Of a stretch of DNA of 64,000 bases, positions 42,956 to 54,456 are shown in pieces; position 1 is the stretch's first letter; every line of letters begins with the position of its first letter. Position numbers and translations under genes: made by a program. The stretch is from Macrostomum lignano (lineage: Eukaryota), in assembly GCA_002269645.1 (NCBI GenBank), contig NIVC01003743.1, positions 15,462-79,461 of the forward strand. Reading direction: 5' to 3'. The notes beneath the pieces are model-generated. The model saw only the letters and a list, made by a program, of their open reading frames with translations. It had not been told where the DNA came from and did no database searches.

Positions 42956-44452
42956 TGAGCTTTAGGCAAGGTGGTGTCATATATCTGCAGTGTACTACGG
43001 GTTTCAATGCTTGTAATGAATTAAATGTTAAATTGAACTGCAGTTCATGAATATTTTATTCGCTTTCAATGCTAAACTGACATACGCGATGCCCGCTACG
43101 CATACGTAAGTAGTATATACTGCAAGTGCTTGGTTTTTTCATTTCGGTTTTTTTAACGCGTTCGTTAAACTTGGGTTTCTAATTGTCCATTATTTAACTA
43201 TGAATATGAATTATGATTGCACCTTCGAATTTGCAATTTGGATTTTTATTATTTTTGCGTAATTACACACACGTACGAATGCGGCTTGAAAGCGATGCTA
43301 TTTTGTACTACTATAACTATTACTATAGTACTGGTGTACTTTTGGAAGAGTTCAAATAAAAAGCTTCACCTTGCTGAGCGCAATCTTATTTAGCTATTTA
43401 ATATGCATGTAAATTTGTAGCTTCAAATTATAAGTACATCGATAAGTTTTCATTACATCGTGTGCGCGTATTCCTTTTTCATGAATTTGGAAGTTCAGTC
43501 ATAGAGTTTAATCTTACAGTTCAAAGGCTTTGGTTTAGCAGTATAATTAACCGTAAGCTGCATGTATGCTACTTGAATGGGTCGTCTTGTACGAGCGTAT
43601 CAACTTGTCTGCAAGTTCTAATTGCTAATTGCTCTTAGGCAAAGTTATTTAATTTTATTAATGCGAGTAAAAGACGTTCAATTTTTGCTTTTATACATGG
43701 CCTCTATATAAACGGATGTCTTCTATTTTCTTACTAGACTTCGTACGATTACAAAATTAATGGTATATTTACCGCCAGAGTGGCAAAGGCCAGCCTTTTG
43801 GAACATGAAAATAATGTGCCGAAGCGAGAGTGCAATACGAAATATTTAGTTAGTTGTATATGGATGGGACGCATTTATTTCAAAGAAAAAAACAATTCGT
43901 GTTTAGCAAATTGCCGCGAGAACCTTTAGGTTAAGTCCCAGCAATTGCTTGGAGAAAAAATGCAGCAAACGATTATCGAGTGTTTTGAGTACAGTTTTGG
44001 GCAGATGAATATATACCGTTAGAAATAAGCGCGGCTCCGGACAGTGGTAATGTTACATGCAAATATACACAAGACCGTCTTTCTGTGCGAATGCGTCGCG
44101 AAATAAAAATTTTTTGCTGCTACCGGAAGGTCAAATAAGTTGCCTGCCGAGGATTATTACCTGCGAGTTGGGCTAAGAATTTACTCGTCGATATTAAACA
44201 ATTGGGGTAATGCACGAGCAAGGTCGGGGCTCAATGAACATTGTTTAGGCTTTCATACAAGCAATGCCATTGGGGTGGGCAAATATCGGAGACGCGGATG
44301 GGAAGTCAAACTGGGCGGTTATAGAAAGTTTGCAGTCAGAGAGCGGCGAGCTGGTCAACCATTACGCATGCAATACTTCTATTTAAGTCTGCAGTCACCG
44401 GGTGTTTGAGAGTCGGCTTTCGAGTTGACCGGGGGGAGAGTGCCGCAGTTGC

Positions 44453-44863
44453 TTAGCAGCCTGGGTACATTGATTGCATCTGGGCGCACTGGCGTTGTCG
44501 CGACTGGCACATCATGGCGATCATCTGGTCGTCCTTGCGGTCCATCAGCTCCGCGCAGCGCTGCTTCCAGCACCTGGCCTGTTCGCGCCAGCGGCAAGCC
44601 TCGATCTTCCATTGCCTGGTGGACTCTCGACAGCGCATCGCCTCCGCCCGCCATTTGGCCAGCGCGTCGCGGGTTTTGCAGTATTCGCACTTCATTATGT
44701 TGGCCTGCTGGCGCCAATGGAAAGCTGTGCGAGTCATTTCGCAGAGCTGCTTCTGCAGTTTGACGGCCTCGGCGCGCCACTTTTCCCGGCTCCGCTTCCA
44801 TCGGTGGATGCAGTCCTTCCAATTCGCGTCGCACCAATTGGGCGCGCAGCCATTGATGTTCAT
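44453..44863 (-). CDS. Uncharacterised 136-aa Trp/Cys-rich heptad coiled-coil protein
   Basis: It forms a GC-rich island like the real exons nearby. Eight of nine Trp (15, 22, 29, 50, 71, 85, 92, 99) share one heptad position. There are 13 Cys. No family was recognised. Confidence 0.65.
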   Translation of the reverse strand: MNINGCAPNWCDANWKDCIHRWKRSREKWRAEAVKLQKQLCEMTRTAFHWRQQANIMKCEYCKTRDALAKWRAEAMRCRESTRQWKIEACRWREQARCWKQRCAELMDRKDDQMIAMMCQSRQRQCAQMQSMYPGC

Positions 44864-45425
44864 TACTTCTTTGACGAACTCGCAGTCAAACTCGCATTAA
44901 CGGTCGCTAAAAGCTGTTTAGCAGATCTTTTTTGCTCCCCTGGAATGAGCGAGCTGTTGCCGATCGATGGGTTGGGTAAAAGTCGTTGCTGCGCTGCGAG
45001 CGGGGCCGCTTTAGCCCGCTCCCTAGACTGAGCCTCGGGTTTCAGCCATAGACATGTTTTTAGCGTGCAGTCCTGGCTTACTGGTTGGGGCGAAGATCGA
45101 AGCCGAATACGCTATGGGTGTCAGTCCCGATCGTCTCAGATAGCAAGCTTTAAAGCAACTCTAAGAATTTGGCAGCGAACGGCTGTCTGGTAACTTTCGT
45201 TTGTACTTTTATCAAAATACTCTGATGGGGCGGGACATCACCACTGCGTTTATGTTAGCTGACAGACTGTCTGATGTGACTCAGACTTTTTATTGATATT
45301 TGAGGCCGGATTAATTCATGTACAGTGCGTTTTGGATTTATAATAATTTCTGCCTATAAATCTCGTTATTAATTCTAGGAAATATATATAAATATTCTTT
45401 CTACACGTCTGTCTCTGAATTCTAT

Positions 45426-46020
45426 AGACTGTGATGGTCTGTGATTGACTGTGATGGACTGTGACGATGGACTGTGATGGACTGTGATAGACTGTGACGA
45501 CGGACTGTGATAGACTGTGATGGATTGTGATGGACTGTGATGGATTGTGATAGACTGTGATGGATTGTGATAGACTGTGGTAGACTGTGATAGACTGTGA
45601 TGGACTGTGATGGACTGTGATGGACTTTGATGGACTGTGATGGACTGTGATAGACTGTGATGGACTGTGGTAGACTGTGACGGACTGTGATGGACTGTGT
45701 TGGACTGTGATAGACTGTGATGGACTGTGATGGACTGTGATGGACTGCGGTAGATTGTGACGGACTGTGATGGACTGTATTAATAGTCTGTGACGAACTG
45801 GTGATGGACTGGAGATGGACTGTGATGGACTGTGATAGACTGTGATGGACTGTGGTAGACTGTGACGGACTGTGATGGACTGTGTTGGACTGTGATAGAC
45901 TGTGATGGACTGTGATGGACTGTGATGGACTGCGGTAGATTGTGACGGACTGTGATGGACTGTGATATACTGTGATGCACTGTGACGAACTGGTGATGGA
46001 CTGATGGTGGATTGTGATGG
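45426..46020. repeat. 10-bp minisatellite (GACTGTGATG)n with an internal block duplication
   Basis: Read directly from the sequence. Confidence 0.95.
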
Positions 46021-48944
46021 AGAGTGCGGCTTGCTGCCGTACACAGGCTAACGATCGCATGCACGAATTGACACCCCTTGGAAGCGCAGCGCGTGGATTG
46101 ACCTGCATGGTGTGCTCGCGGCTGGTTCACGGTTTTGTCCAGCCGGTAGCCAAATGGATGATCTGATAGCAGCGGCAGCCTATTATAGAGTCGGTACATG
46201 CGCATCCACCGCAAAATTATTTAATATACGCAGAGGTACATGTACTGCATCTGCATGCATGAACTGATGCGCCACGCCTACTGACTGAGTTAAATACATT
46301 ACTACGCATGCTTCTCGGCCCCTGGGCAGATCGAGTGTTTTTGGCCTGGTGCAGGTATTAAAAGGTACCGAGCAGACTGTGCCTGCAAGACACACCTGCA
46401 CGACGCACAATGAGTGCTCTACCGTTCCGATTGAATTTTGTCAACTTCGCCTCAGCTAGTAGCTATAAATGTACATGTACCATAAATACGACCGTATAGC
46501 TTTAGATTGTGTTTGACAGGCCTGCAATCCTATGGATAATTCTCGATTTCCTACACATGGTGTTCCTTTCGAACACATGCATTAAATGTCGTAAACAGTT
46601 AAAATGCAACAACTCTATGATAGACCTACATGTACATGTACGCGAGAGCAAATAAAGGGGCCTTTTGAGCCAAGCAATTATTTGCGCCATGAAATTGAAT
46701 TCAGTAGCACTACAGTTTTTGGCCTCCTTCAGTGCGACAAGCTGCACGTATGTGGCCTACTGTTCGATCATTGTTGGCCATATACATGTACATTGTAGCT
46801 AACGACACATACATGCACATGTATTACACATAGTCGTAAATGTACATGCGTGTATATTCTATATACTCCGATTCACTCCGCTCTGTTGCTAGCTATTGAG
46901 TTATAGGCATAAACGTATGTACAACCATACCTCTATTAACATTTATGTATATTACTACACACGCAATTGTCCATATGCAACTGCAGACAACGTACATACA
47001 TAGCTGTATGTTTTAGAGCTGAAATCGATCATAAAAAGATAATTTTAATTTTCTCGTAATAAACTTTCTGATCGATCGAAATTTATTCACACTGCAACAA
47101 CATGTGGCTTTCATGATAAATGTATTGTTCAAGGACCACTGCAAAGTTACCGATTGTACAAGTACAGCCGCGTAAAATGTTTCGTCAGACAGCTAGTATA
47201 GTGATGAGTTTCAATTGAACAAAGCGCAGACAAGAGTTGCAGTTAATTTTGATATTGAGGTTCAAACGGCATTTTATAATATTTTTTTAATTCTAGCCTT
47301 CGCCGGTCGTGGACACAGCTGCATGACATGAGATCGGCAATGCAATGCGATATTTTGAGCTGGAGTTGGATTGAGCATCAGAGTATGTAATTTTTTATCT
47401 GCATTATTTTTATGTTGCATTATTTTTGCGTTTTCTGAATTTTAAGTAAATGATTTCATGGGCTCCACGAAGCATTTTCAATTAAACATGCAATAAGAGA
47501 TACAGTACTTTGTTATACGACTAACTCTGTTTCTTGTAAAAAAGCTCGAGCTCACATTGCAGATTGATGTTGATTCGATCGATAAAATGTAACTTAATCG
47601 ATAAAGTTGTCGACAACAACACGAACATGTATAACTGTATTTAATTTAACAATGCTAATGTTATCCGCTTTGTTGTTTACTCGCGTTTTTAGACCTACTT
47701 GTTAGCCTTATAAATCGTAGGGCTACGTTGCAGTTTGTTTTGCGACTCTAGATTTATTTGTTTGGGCGTAGGCCTAGACTTTATCGAGGATTTGAGCCTA
47801 AGCCTAACTTTTTCTGCATGTTAATAAGCCTTAGTAGGGCTTTCCATATGCCTAATATGGAAAATGCTATTTACACAGAAGTTTCTAGAATGAAATTTTT
47901 ATATTAATACAGTACAGAAAGTTAGCAAAGGTCAATACAAGGTCACTACAAAGTACAATGACTAATTCAGTAATAGGAATTTTGGTAACAGCCACTTTGA
48001 CTTTGGTAACAAGTGAGAATAACAGCTGTATTAATTAATAGGCTCAAAAAATCTCAAGAAAGTTTCATAGAAAGAATAATAAAAAATAATTAAGATTAAT
48101 CTATTATATGTATTATATCATATATAATATATAGCCTAGGCCCTATATTATAATTTTGATTTCTGGCAATCTAGGTAGGCCTATGCCAACTGCACTTTAG
48201 TAGTACTTTTGCTAAATTCTCTTTGTTTTCAAATTTTCCCCAAGGAAAGTTAATGTGTGAGTATAAACAAAGGCCTTCTTGAACTTTAGGTACATAAAAT
48301 ACTTCCAATTTTCCATTTTTTTGAAAATTTTGTTAGAGTCCTAAAGGCTGTCCAAAATGATAATAAAGAAAAAAAACTGCAAAAAATTACCCTCAAAGGT
48401 AACAGGAGGTTGATTTGTACATCTCTTATATAACTAATGTTAATTTGATCCAAGCAGTTTCGGAGAATTGTGTGTTTGAAAGTTGAACTTATTTTAGAAT
48501 CATAACTTTCTAATGTAAATATTTTCTAAAATTTGATGAATTTATTCTAAAAAAACATTTAGAACGTTTGAGTTTTATCTCTGAAAAAAAAGTGCCTATT
48601 CTAATTTTTCTTCACTCAATTTGTTATAGTGGAGCGGAAGTGCCATGTCAGTTTATTGTTTTTAAAAAATGCTGACTCACAGTTTGCCATCCACCCCTCA
48701 CCACCTGCTTTTTGATTCGCTGTCATTCTCCTTATTATTAATTAGTATAGTATATTCTAGTGGTATATTCTTTACTTGTTTACCTATACTAATTTCTACT
48801 AATCTGAATTGTCTCTATTCCAAAAGTAACTACAGCTGCTAATATCAATTAGTTTTAATAGGATTATAATTTTTTCTCCATGGTTGTGTTTTTGATAACT
48901 TGTTGAATTTTTAAGCTTCATTTCAATTTCCCCCCTAGGACCTC

Positions 48945-49410
48945 CTCTCAGCCTCCAAATTTATTTACCTAATCTTCAATAGACCTCCATGCCTCTATTG
49001 AAGTTTAGGTATGTAAAATATCCCCATGAAGATTCTCCCCACCCTAAAATCCCACATTCTCCATGCCGCAGTTGTTGACAATTGTTAGCCCCCCCCCAAA
49101 GACCCCCCTCAGTCTCCAAATTAATCTACCTAATCTTCAATAGACCTCTATGCCTCTATTGAAGTTTAGGTACATAAAATAAATCCCCATGAAGATTCTC
49201 CCCACCCTAACACCCCTATTCCTCATGCCGCAGTTGTTGATAGTTGTCAGCTCCCCCCCCTTAAGACTTGCCCTCCCCCCTAAGACTTGCTTCCTATCCC
49301 CTCAGTCTCTGAATTTATCTACCTAATCTTCAATAGACCCCTATACTTCTATTGAAGTTTAGGTACATAAAATCAATCCCCATGAAGATTCTCCCCACCC
49401 TAAAACCCCC
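48945..49410. repeat. Three diverged ~160-190-bp tandem units, probably the interior of a DNA transposon
   Basis: The block CTACCTAATCTTCAATAGACC..CTATTGAAGTTTAGGTA..AAAAT..CCCCATGAAGATTCTCCCCACCCTAA occurs three times. Each copy has the internal inverted repeat TTCAATAG/CTATTGAA. Confidence 0.8.
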
Positions 49411-49683
49411 AGTTTCCCATATCCCGGTGGTTGGCTTTAAGCTACAAAAAATGAAGCTCAAATGTAAAATCAGCACCATCAAAAACCCTCATAGAGACTA
49501 AATTATGATCCTATTGAAACTACCTTTTTTATCTTTTATTTTATCTACCTAAAGTTCAAGAAGCCCTAAAAAAATCATAGGCTAATATATATAGTTTTAG
49601 TTGTTTAACTAGGAAAGGCCAAGAAAATTAAACTATACTTGGCAATAAAAAATTTAAAATTCGAATGCTTAGGGCTTAGGCCC

Positions 49684-50213
49684 CCAGGTTGCAGATCATG
49701 TAATAGTGTATGCCGGAACAAGAATCCTAGCTTATCTAAATGTATGCCAGTGTATGCCAAAAACAAAAAATTCCCTAAAATGTATGCCAAAAATTCCTCC
49801 TAAAAAAAGGTCATTCGGTTTTCATAAGTAGAGTTTAAAAAAAGGCTTTTATACAAAAAGTCTTTTTAAAATATTACAAATATTTTCATTTTAAACAAAG
49901 TTAAATTATACCTACAGAAATAATAATGCACAATTGATGTTTGTAGCAATAATTTATACTAATTTTATTTATTATTAATTTTAAAGAAGCAAAAAGTTTA
50001 TCATTGACCTTCTAGACTATACAAATTTTCCTTTATGGTAAAAACATTAATTTACATTACAACTTTCATGCATGGCATGAATTTATTCACCAAAATTTGT
50101 ATCCCAAAAAGTATACGTGGTTGTGTACACCAGTTGTGTATGCCAAAGACTTGGGGTTGCCATTTTGTATGCCAGAAAGGTTCTGGCGTACATGCATACC
50201 ATCCACAACCTGG
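49684..50213. mobile_element. hAT-type MITE (family B)
   Basis: TIRs CCAGGTTGCAGAT / ATCCACAACCTGG. 8-bp TSD TTAGGCCC at 49676-49683 and 50214-50221. GTATGCCA subterminal motifs occur at both ends. Confidence 0.85.
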
Positions 50214-51253
50214 TTAGGCCCTAAAGGCTAAACTAATAGTTGGTACCAAAGTAGTTTGTTACTAAATTGGCTAGGCCTATTAGCGGCCTACTAAAATGGT
50301 CACTTTATTGAGTTTGCAATGTTCATTCCACTGGATGAAGCACTATTGATAGGTGCACTACAAAGGATTGCCTTATGCAGCTTGAATTCATCAGTAATTG
50401 CATGAATTGTCAGGTTGACTATGGACCATTTCTTTGCATTGATGTCTATTTATTACTTGTATATGCAACTATGCCAACCCATTTAATAGAATTCTAACAG
50501 ATAAGCAGACTGCTCATTCCATATAAGCACAGTCGTAACATGACAGGCTATTTTTACTTGTAAAATGAAATCTAGTAATAGAATATACTAAACCAATGTT
50601 TTAAATGAAAGATTATTTTGTCCAGAATATATTTATAGAGTTTCATATAGATATCATCATTAGTATAGATGCTATTAAACCTTAAATGACACTTATGGTC
50701 GTAACGACAGGATTTTTGACATATAGAAACTAAAAGGTAAAAGTCTTATAACATTTTCATTTTTGATATTTTGCAATACATTTTTAAAATTTGACTAAGA
50801 ACATCTTTAGAAATCATACTCTTTTATTAGAATATATAAACTCAAAAGGCAACAAAGATACAAAAGAAAAGGCAGCCTTATGGTCGTAACATTATGGTTG
50901 TAACATTTTTTTCTGTCAATTCAGTAACTTTGAGGTACTAATATATTAAAAATATAATAGATTATTTGGTCACCAATGCTTTTATCTGATGATGCAAGTA
51001 CTATACTTTTATCTATAGTTTGTTTCAACCTTCAAAAGCTTTCTATTTGTTTTTTAAAGGTACAAAATCTTAATGATGTCTTTTGCTTCAAAAAATGCCC
51101 AAATTTTTACAAAAATGACTTTTGCCAATTGATAACATACTAATCCAACATTTTACCATTCCTTTATTCTTAGATTGTATATATTGCACTTAAAAACATT
51201 TGGTAAAAAAATAGGCTAATAAGGCAATGGCAAGCAAAAATATTGACTTATTT

Positions 51254-52107
51254 CTATTTTCCAAATATGTCCATCTTATATGGAATGAGCCAGACCTCTT
51301 CATAAATGTTGGGTACAATGACTTTTGCAAAATGCTTGTGGGACTGGATCTTGTAGTTTGGCACTAAGAATTTCAAAAGAGCAGAAAACCTAAGATTTTC
51401 AACACATGTGAATGGTAGATGATCTACTACCAACATCTTACCTGTTTTGGATATAAAGATAAATGTAGCAAACATTCCTTAGCTATACTATGCAATACAT
51501 TGTTTCTTGTATTGCAGTTTATAAAATATAAATAGTTCAAGATAAGAATCAGCTTTTCCATGCTTTTGCAATTGTTTTAGAACATTTTTATATCTATGAA
51601 GTAGCTATTGCATGGTATGCAGAATGTACAAAGCTTAGCTTGTATAAACTATATGTACATATAGATATCAAAATAGTTACTAACTTAGTAACTAAGTTAG
51701 TATCACTTACTAATCAATTTAGTTAATTCCATGGCTTTTGGATGCAAGGCATCCCAGGCAACTGTTTTTTAATGTGTCTGCTTAATGGTAAGCTGCTTTA
51801 GTCATTCTTTTTTTCTCAGTAAGCAAAGAAGCTCAGGCCTTCTTGTAACTCTTTAGCAGCATGCTTTCTTTGCAACTTATCAAGATCTGCTTCTTCTTAA
51901 GTGTCATGCAGTTTAGATAATGATTTTTGAGATGCAGGAACATCCTACTATTAGATGGTTTGTAAGGATATTTTCCTTTTGATACTTTTTTCCATATTCT
52001 TTGTATTCCACAATGAGTAAGTTGGAAAACAATTTAAAATAGTCATGGATTGGAGCCTTTACTTTTGGCATTATAATGCAAAAATCAAGAGGCTGAAAAG
52101 GCTTCAA
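51254..52107 (-). pseudogene. Decayed hAT transposase remnant (BED finger and following helical region)
   Basis: KAPIHDYFKL...EYGKKY...LTNHL resembles a degenerate BED finger. MLVVDHLPFTCVENLRFSALLKFLVPNYKIQSHKHFAKVIVPNIYEEV resembles the hAT 'D..PF..VE...F..LL....P.Y..PSR' motif. Stop codons interrupt the region. Confidence 0.7.
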
Positions 52108-52665
52108 GGAGTTGAAAAAAAATATTACTTTATTGATAGACTGGTTTATATGCTCAAATAGGGCTATTTTATAATTTCTAACAGAACTCTAGTCATTGGT
52201 CAAATAATTAAGCCTATAATATCCTTTAGTTGCAAGTATCCTATTATCTTAACAGTGTTACGTGCTATCTACATGTATTTTTTAATACATATATATACTA
52301 TACCAGCCCACCTGACCAAATGGTCAAACCCATAGCCAATAGTAGAGCTTGGCATTGATGTAGTTGTCATAACTTAGTCTAGCAATTGGGCACGTAGTTA
52401 AAAAGCTGATTCTATTCAATTTAATCCACAGTGGACTTACTAATAAGTCTGTTTTGCTGAACAAAAGATACACATTACTACTTACTCCCTATCATTTATT
52501 TAACACAATCAGTGGGAAACAAATCAGTTAAATATTTTTTAGAAAAATCATTGATCAAAATTCCAACTTCCAAAATTTGTCCAAAATTGAAATTCAGGGA
52601 AAAAAGTCAAAATCAAAATAATACAAAAAAGTTAAAAACCATAATTGCATCATGTCAGTTCAAAC

Positions 52666-52845
52666 CAGGGACTACTCAAACACCGGGACGGAAAACTAAG
52701 ATTTTTTTACGAGGCTGGTCTATCACCAGCAGTAGAAAATAACCATAGACAACAAAGTAACACAGCATCTCTCTAATGAAAATAATTGCCAGCCAGCCTC
52801 GTAAAAAAATTTTAGTTTCCCGTCCCGGTGTTTGAGTAGTCCCTG
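52666..52845. mobile_element. hAT-type MITE (family C), 180 bp with ~55-bp TIRs
   Basis: TIR CAGGGACTACTCAAACACCGGGACGG..AACTAA..TTTTTTTACGAGGCTGG. 8-bp TSD GTTCAAAC at 52658-52665 and 52846-52853. Confidence 0.9.
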
Positions 52846-53080
52846 GTTCAAACTAAGTAAAGTAATTTTTTTTAAATTAATGATGATCAAAACCTTGATC
52901 TTATCTAACCATTAAGATTCCATTTCAAACCTACATTGTTCTTAACTAGCCTTTCTAAAACTTTCAGACTTGTAGTTCATCTTTTCCCTCAAAAAGTCAA
53001 CATAAGATAGGGATAAGAAGGATAAAAGCAAAAAAAGAAAGGGAAAAGGTAGAATAAAAGTTTAGGGGGCAGGATGCAAT

Positions 53081-53362
53081 CATAAATGTGCAACTGCTGG
53101 CTGACTTAGCCGATCTGGCCACTATAAATTGTGGTGGATCAGGGGTAAGTTGCAAAAATGCCCATCTAAAAATAGACATAGTACTAATTAGATGATAAGG
53201 CATTTGACCTTATTCAGAGTCATAGTTACTTTTGCTGTTTATCCAAAATTGTGGTAGGCCCTTATTTTTGCTCTAGGGTTTTTTTACAAGTAAGTCACAT
53301 TTTTGGTCACAAAGTAAGTTGCATGGCTAATGTAAATCAGGGGGGGGGGTTGCATATGTATA
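53081..53362 (-). mobile_element. hAT-type MITE (family A, copy 2), older, carrying the 28S-like segment at 53183-53244
   Basis: It is colinear with the reverse complement of 3847-4141 (for example AAAAAACCCTAGAGCAAAA and GCCATGC(G/A)ACTTA). The TIRs are degraded (CATAAATGTGCAAC / GTTGCATATGTATA), and the TSD GATGCAAT/GATACAGT matches at 6 of 8 positions. Confidence 0.8.
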
Positions 53363-54456
53363 GATACAGTGCTAGATCATTGAGGGCTTTGGAAGCTAGA
53401 TTTGAATGCTTCAAAGGCTAGATCTAGCCCTGGGGCTAGAGGTTGCTAATCTTTGCTCTACTACCTCATTTAGGATACTATACTTTTGCTAAGAAAATTC
53501 TAGCATATAAAATTAGAAGCCTTCTTAGGCTTAAGACAATACTTTGTTGGTTGGCATATGGCATGTGCAATATTGATAGTGCAATGTGTAATTGCATTTC
53601 AATAGTGCAACATAGTAATGTGGTATAGCACAATATTCAGTGTACTAATGTAGTGCAACAAAAAATGTATAAGCCTATTTAAATTTATAATCTGTTACCT
53701 GCTTCTCAAACATATATTTTAAATTTTCTAAAATTTATTCTTTTTTTATATATGCATTACAATACTTTAATTTAAGAAAACATTAACAATCTTTGAATAA
53801 AGAACCATGACAGATGTCTCCTTTTCCTCATACTAGATACCTACCCCTGTATGCTATGCACTCTTTATACTCTCTCCTTAGTTATTAATATAAGTAGTCT
53901 AACTAATAAAAATAACTGATTTAGTATAGTAATAAACAATATACAAAGGTATCATTGCAACTATAATATTTTCTACAAGCCTTATCATTGCAACTACTTT
54001 AGTAGTCTTATTTGCACAATTATTATTTTCAAAAATTATACTTACTTAGCAATTTTGATAGGCCTATCCTGGGTCTAACTTCAAGATAGGGCCTACCAAA
54101 TATAAACCTAAAATGCAATTAACATCAGTTGTAATGTAAAAATTTAAATATATACAATTTTAAGTTATGTATTTAATTTTTATCTATATAAAATAACTTT
54201 TGCTATTTTTTACTGGTTTCCAACACCAAGTTGCAAATGGAAGTTTTTAGTTGCAGTTTTGGTTGTTGCATAAAGTAAATTTCAAGATCTGAAACAGGAT
54301 CCCAATTCAATTTTTTGACCCGACCTCTGATGAAGTTCTGATCACACAAAAAAGTTATACCCATCCAAGCTCTAAATTTGGTTTTTAAAACACTTGCATG
54401 ACTGACTTGCTGAACAGATAACCAAGTCAAGTGCCCCAGAGACAATACAAGGCAGA

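Noticed and set aside
44379-45031. Alternative overlapping ORFs (44474-45031 +, 44514-44900 +, 44379-44837 -)
   Set aside because: These are likely shadows of the GC-rich 44453-44863 minus-strand ORF, which alone shows a protein-level pattern.
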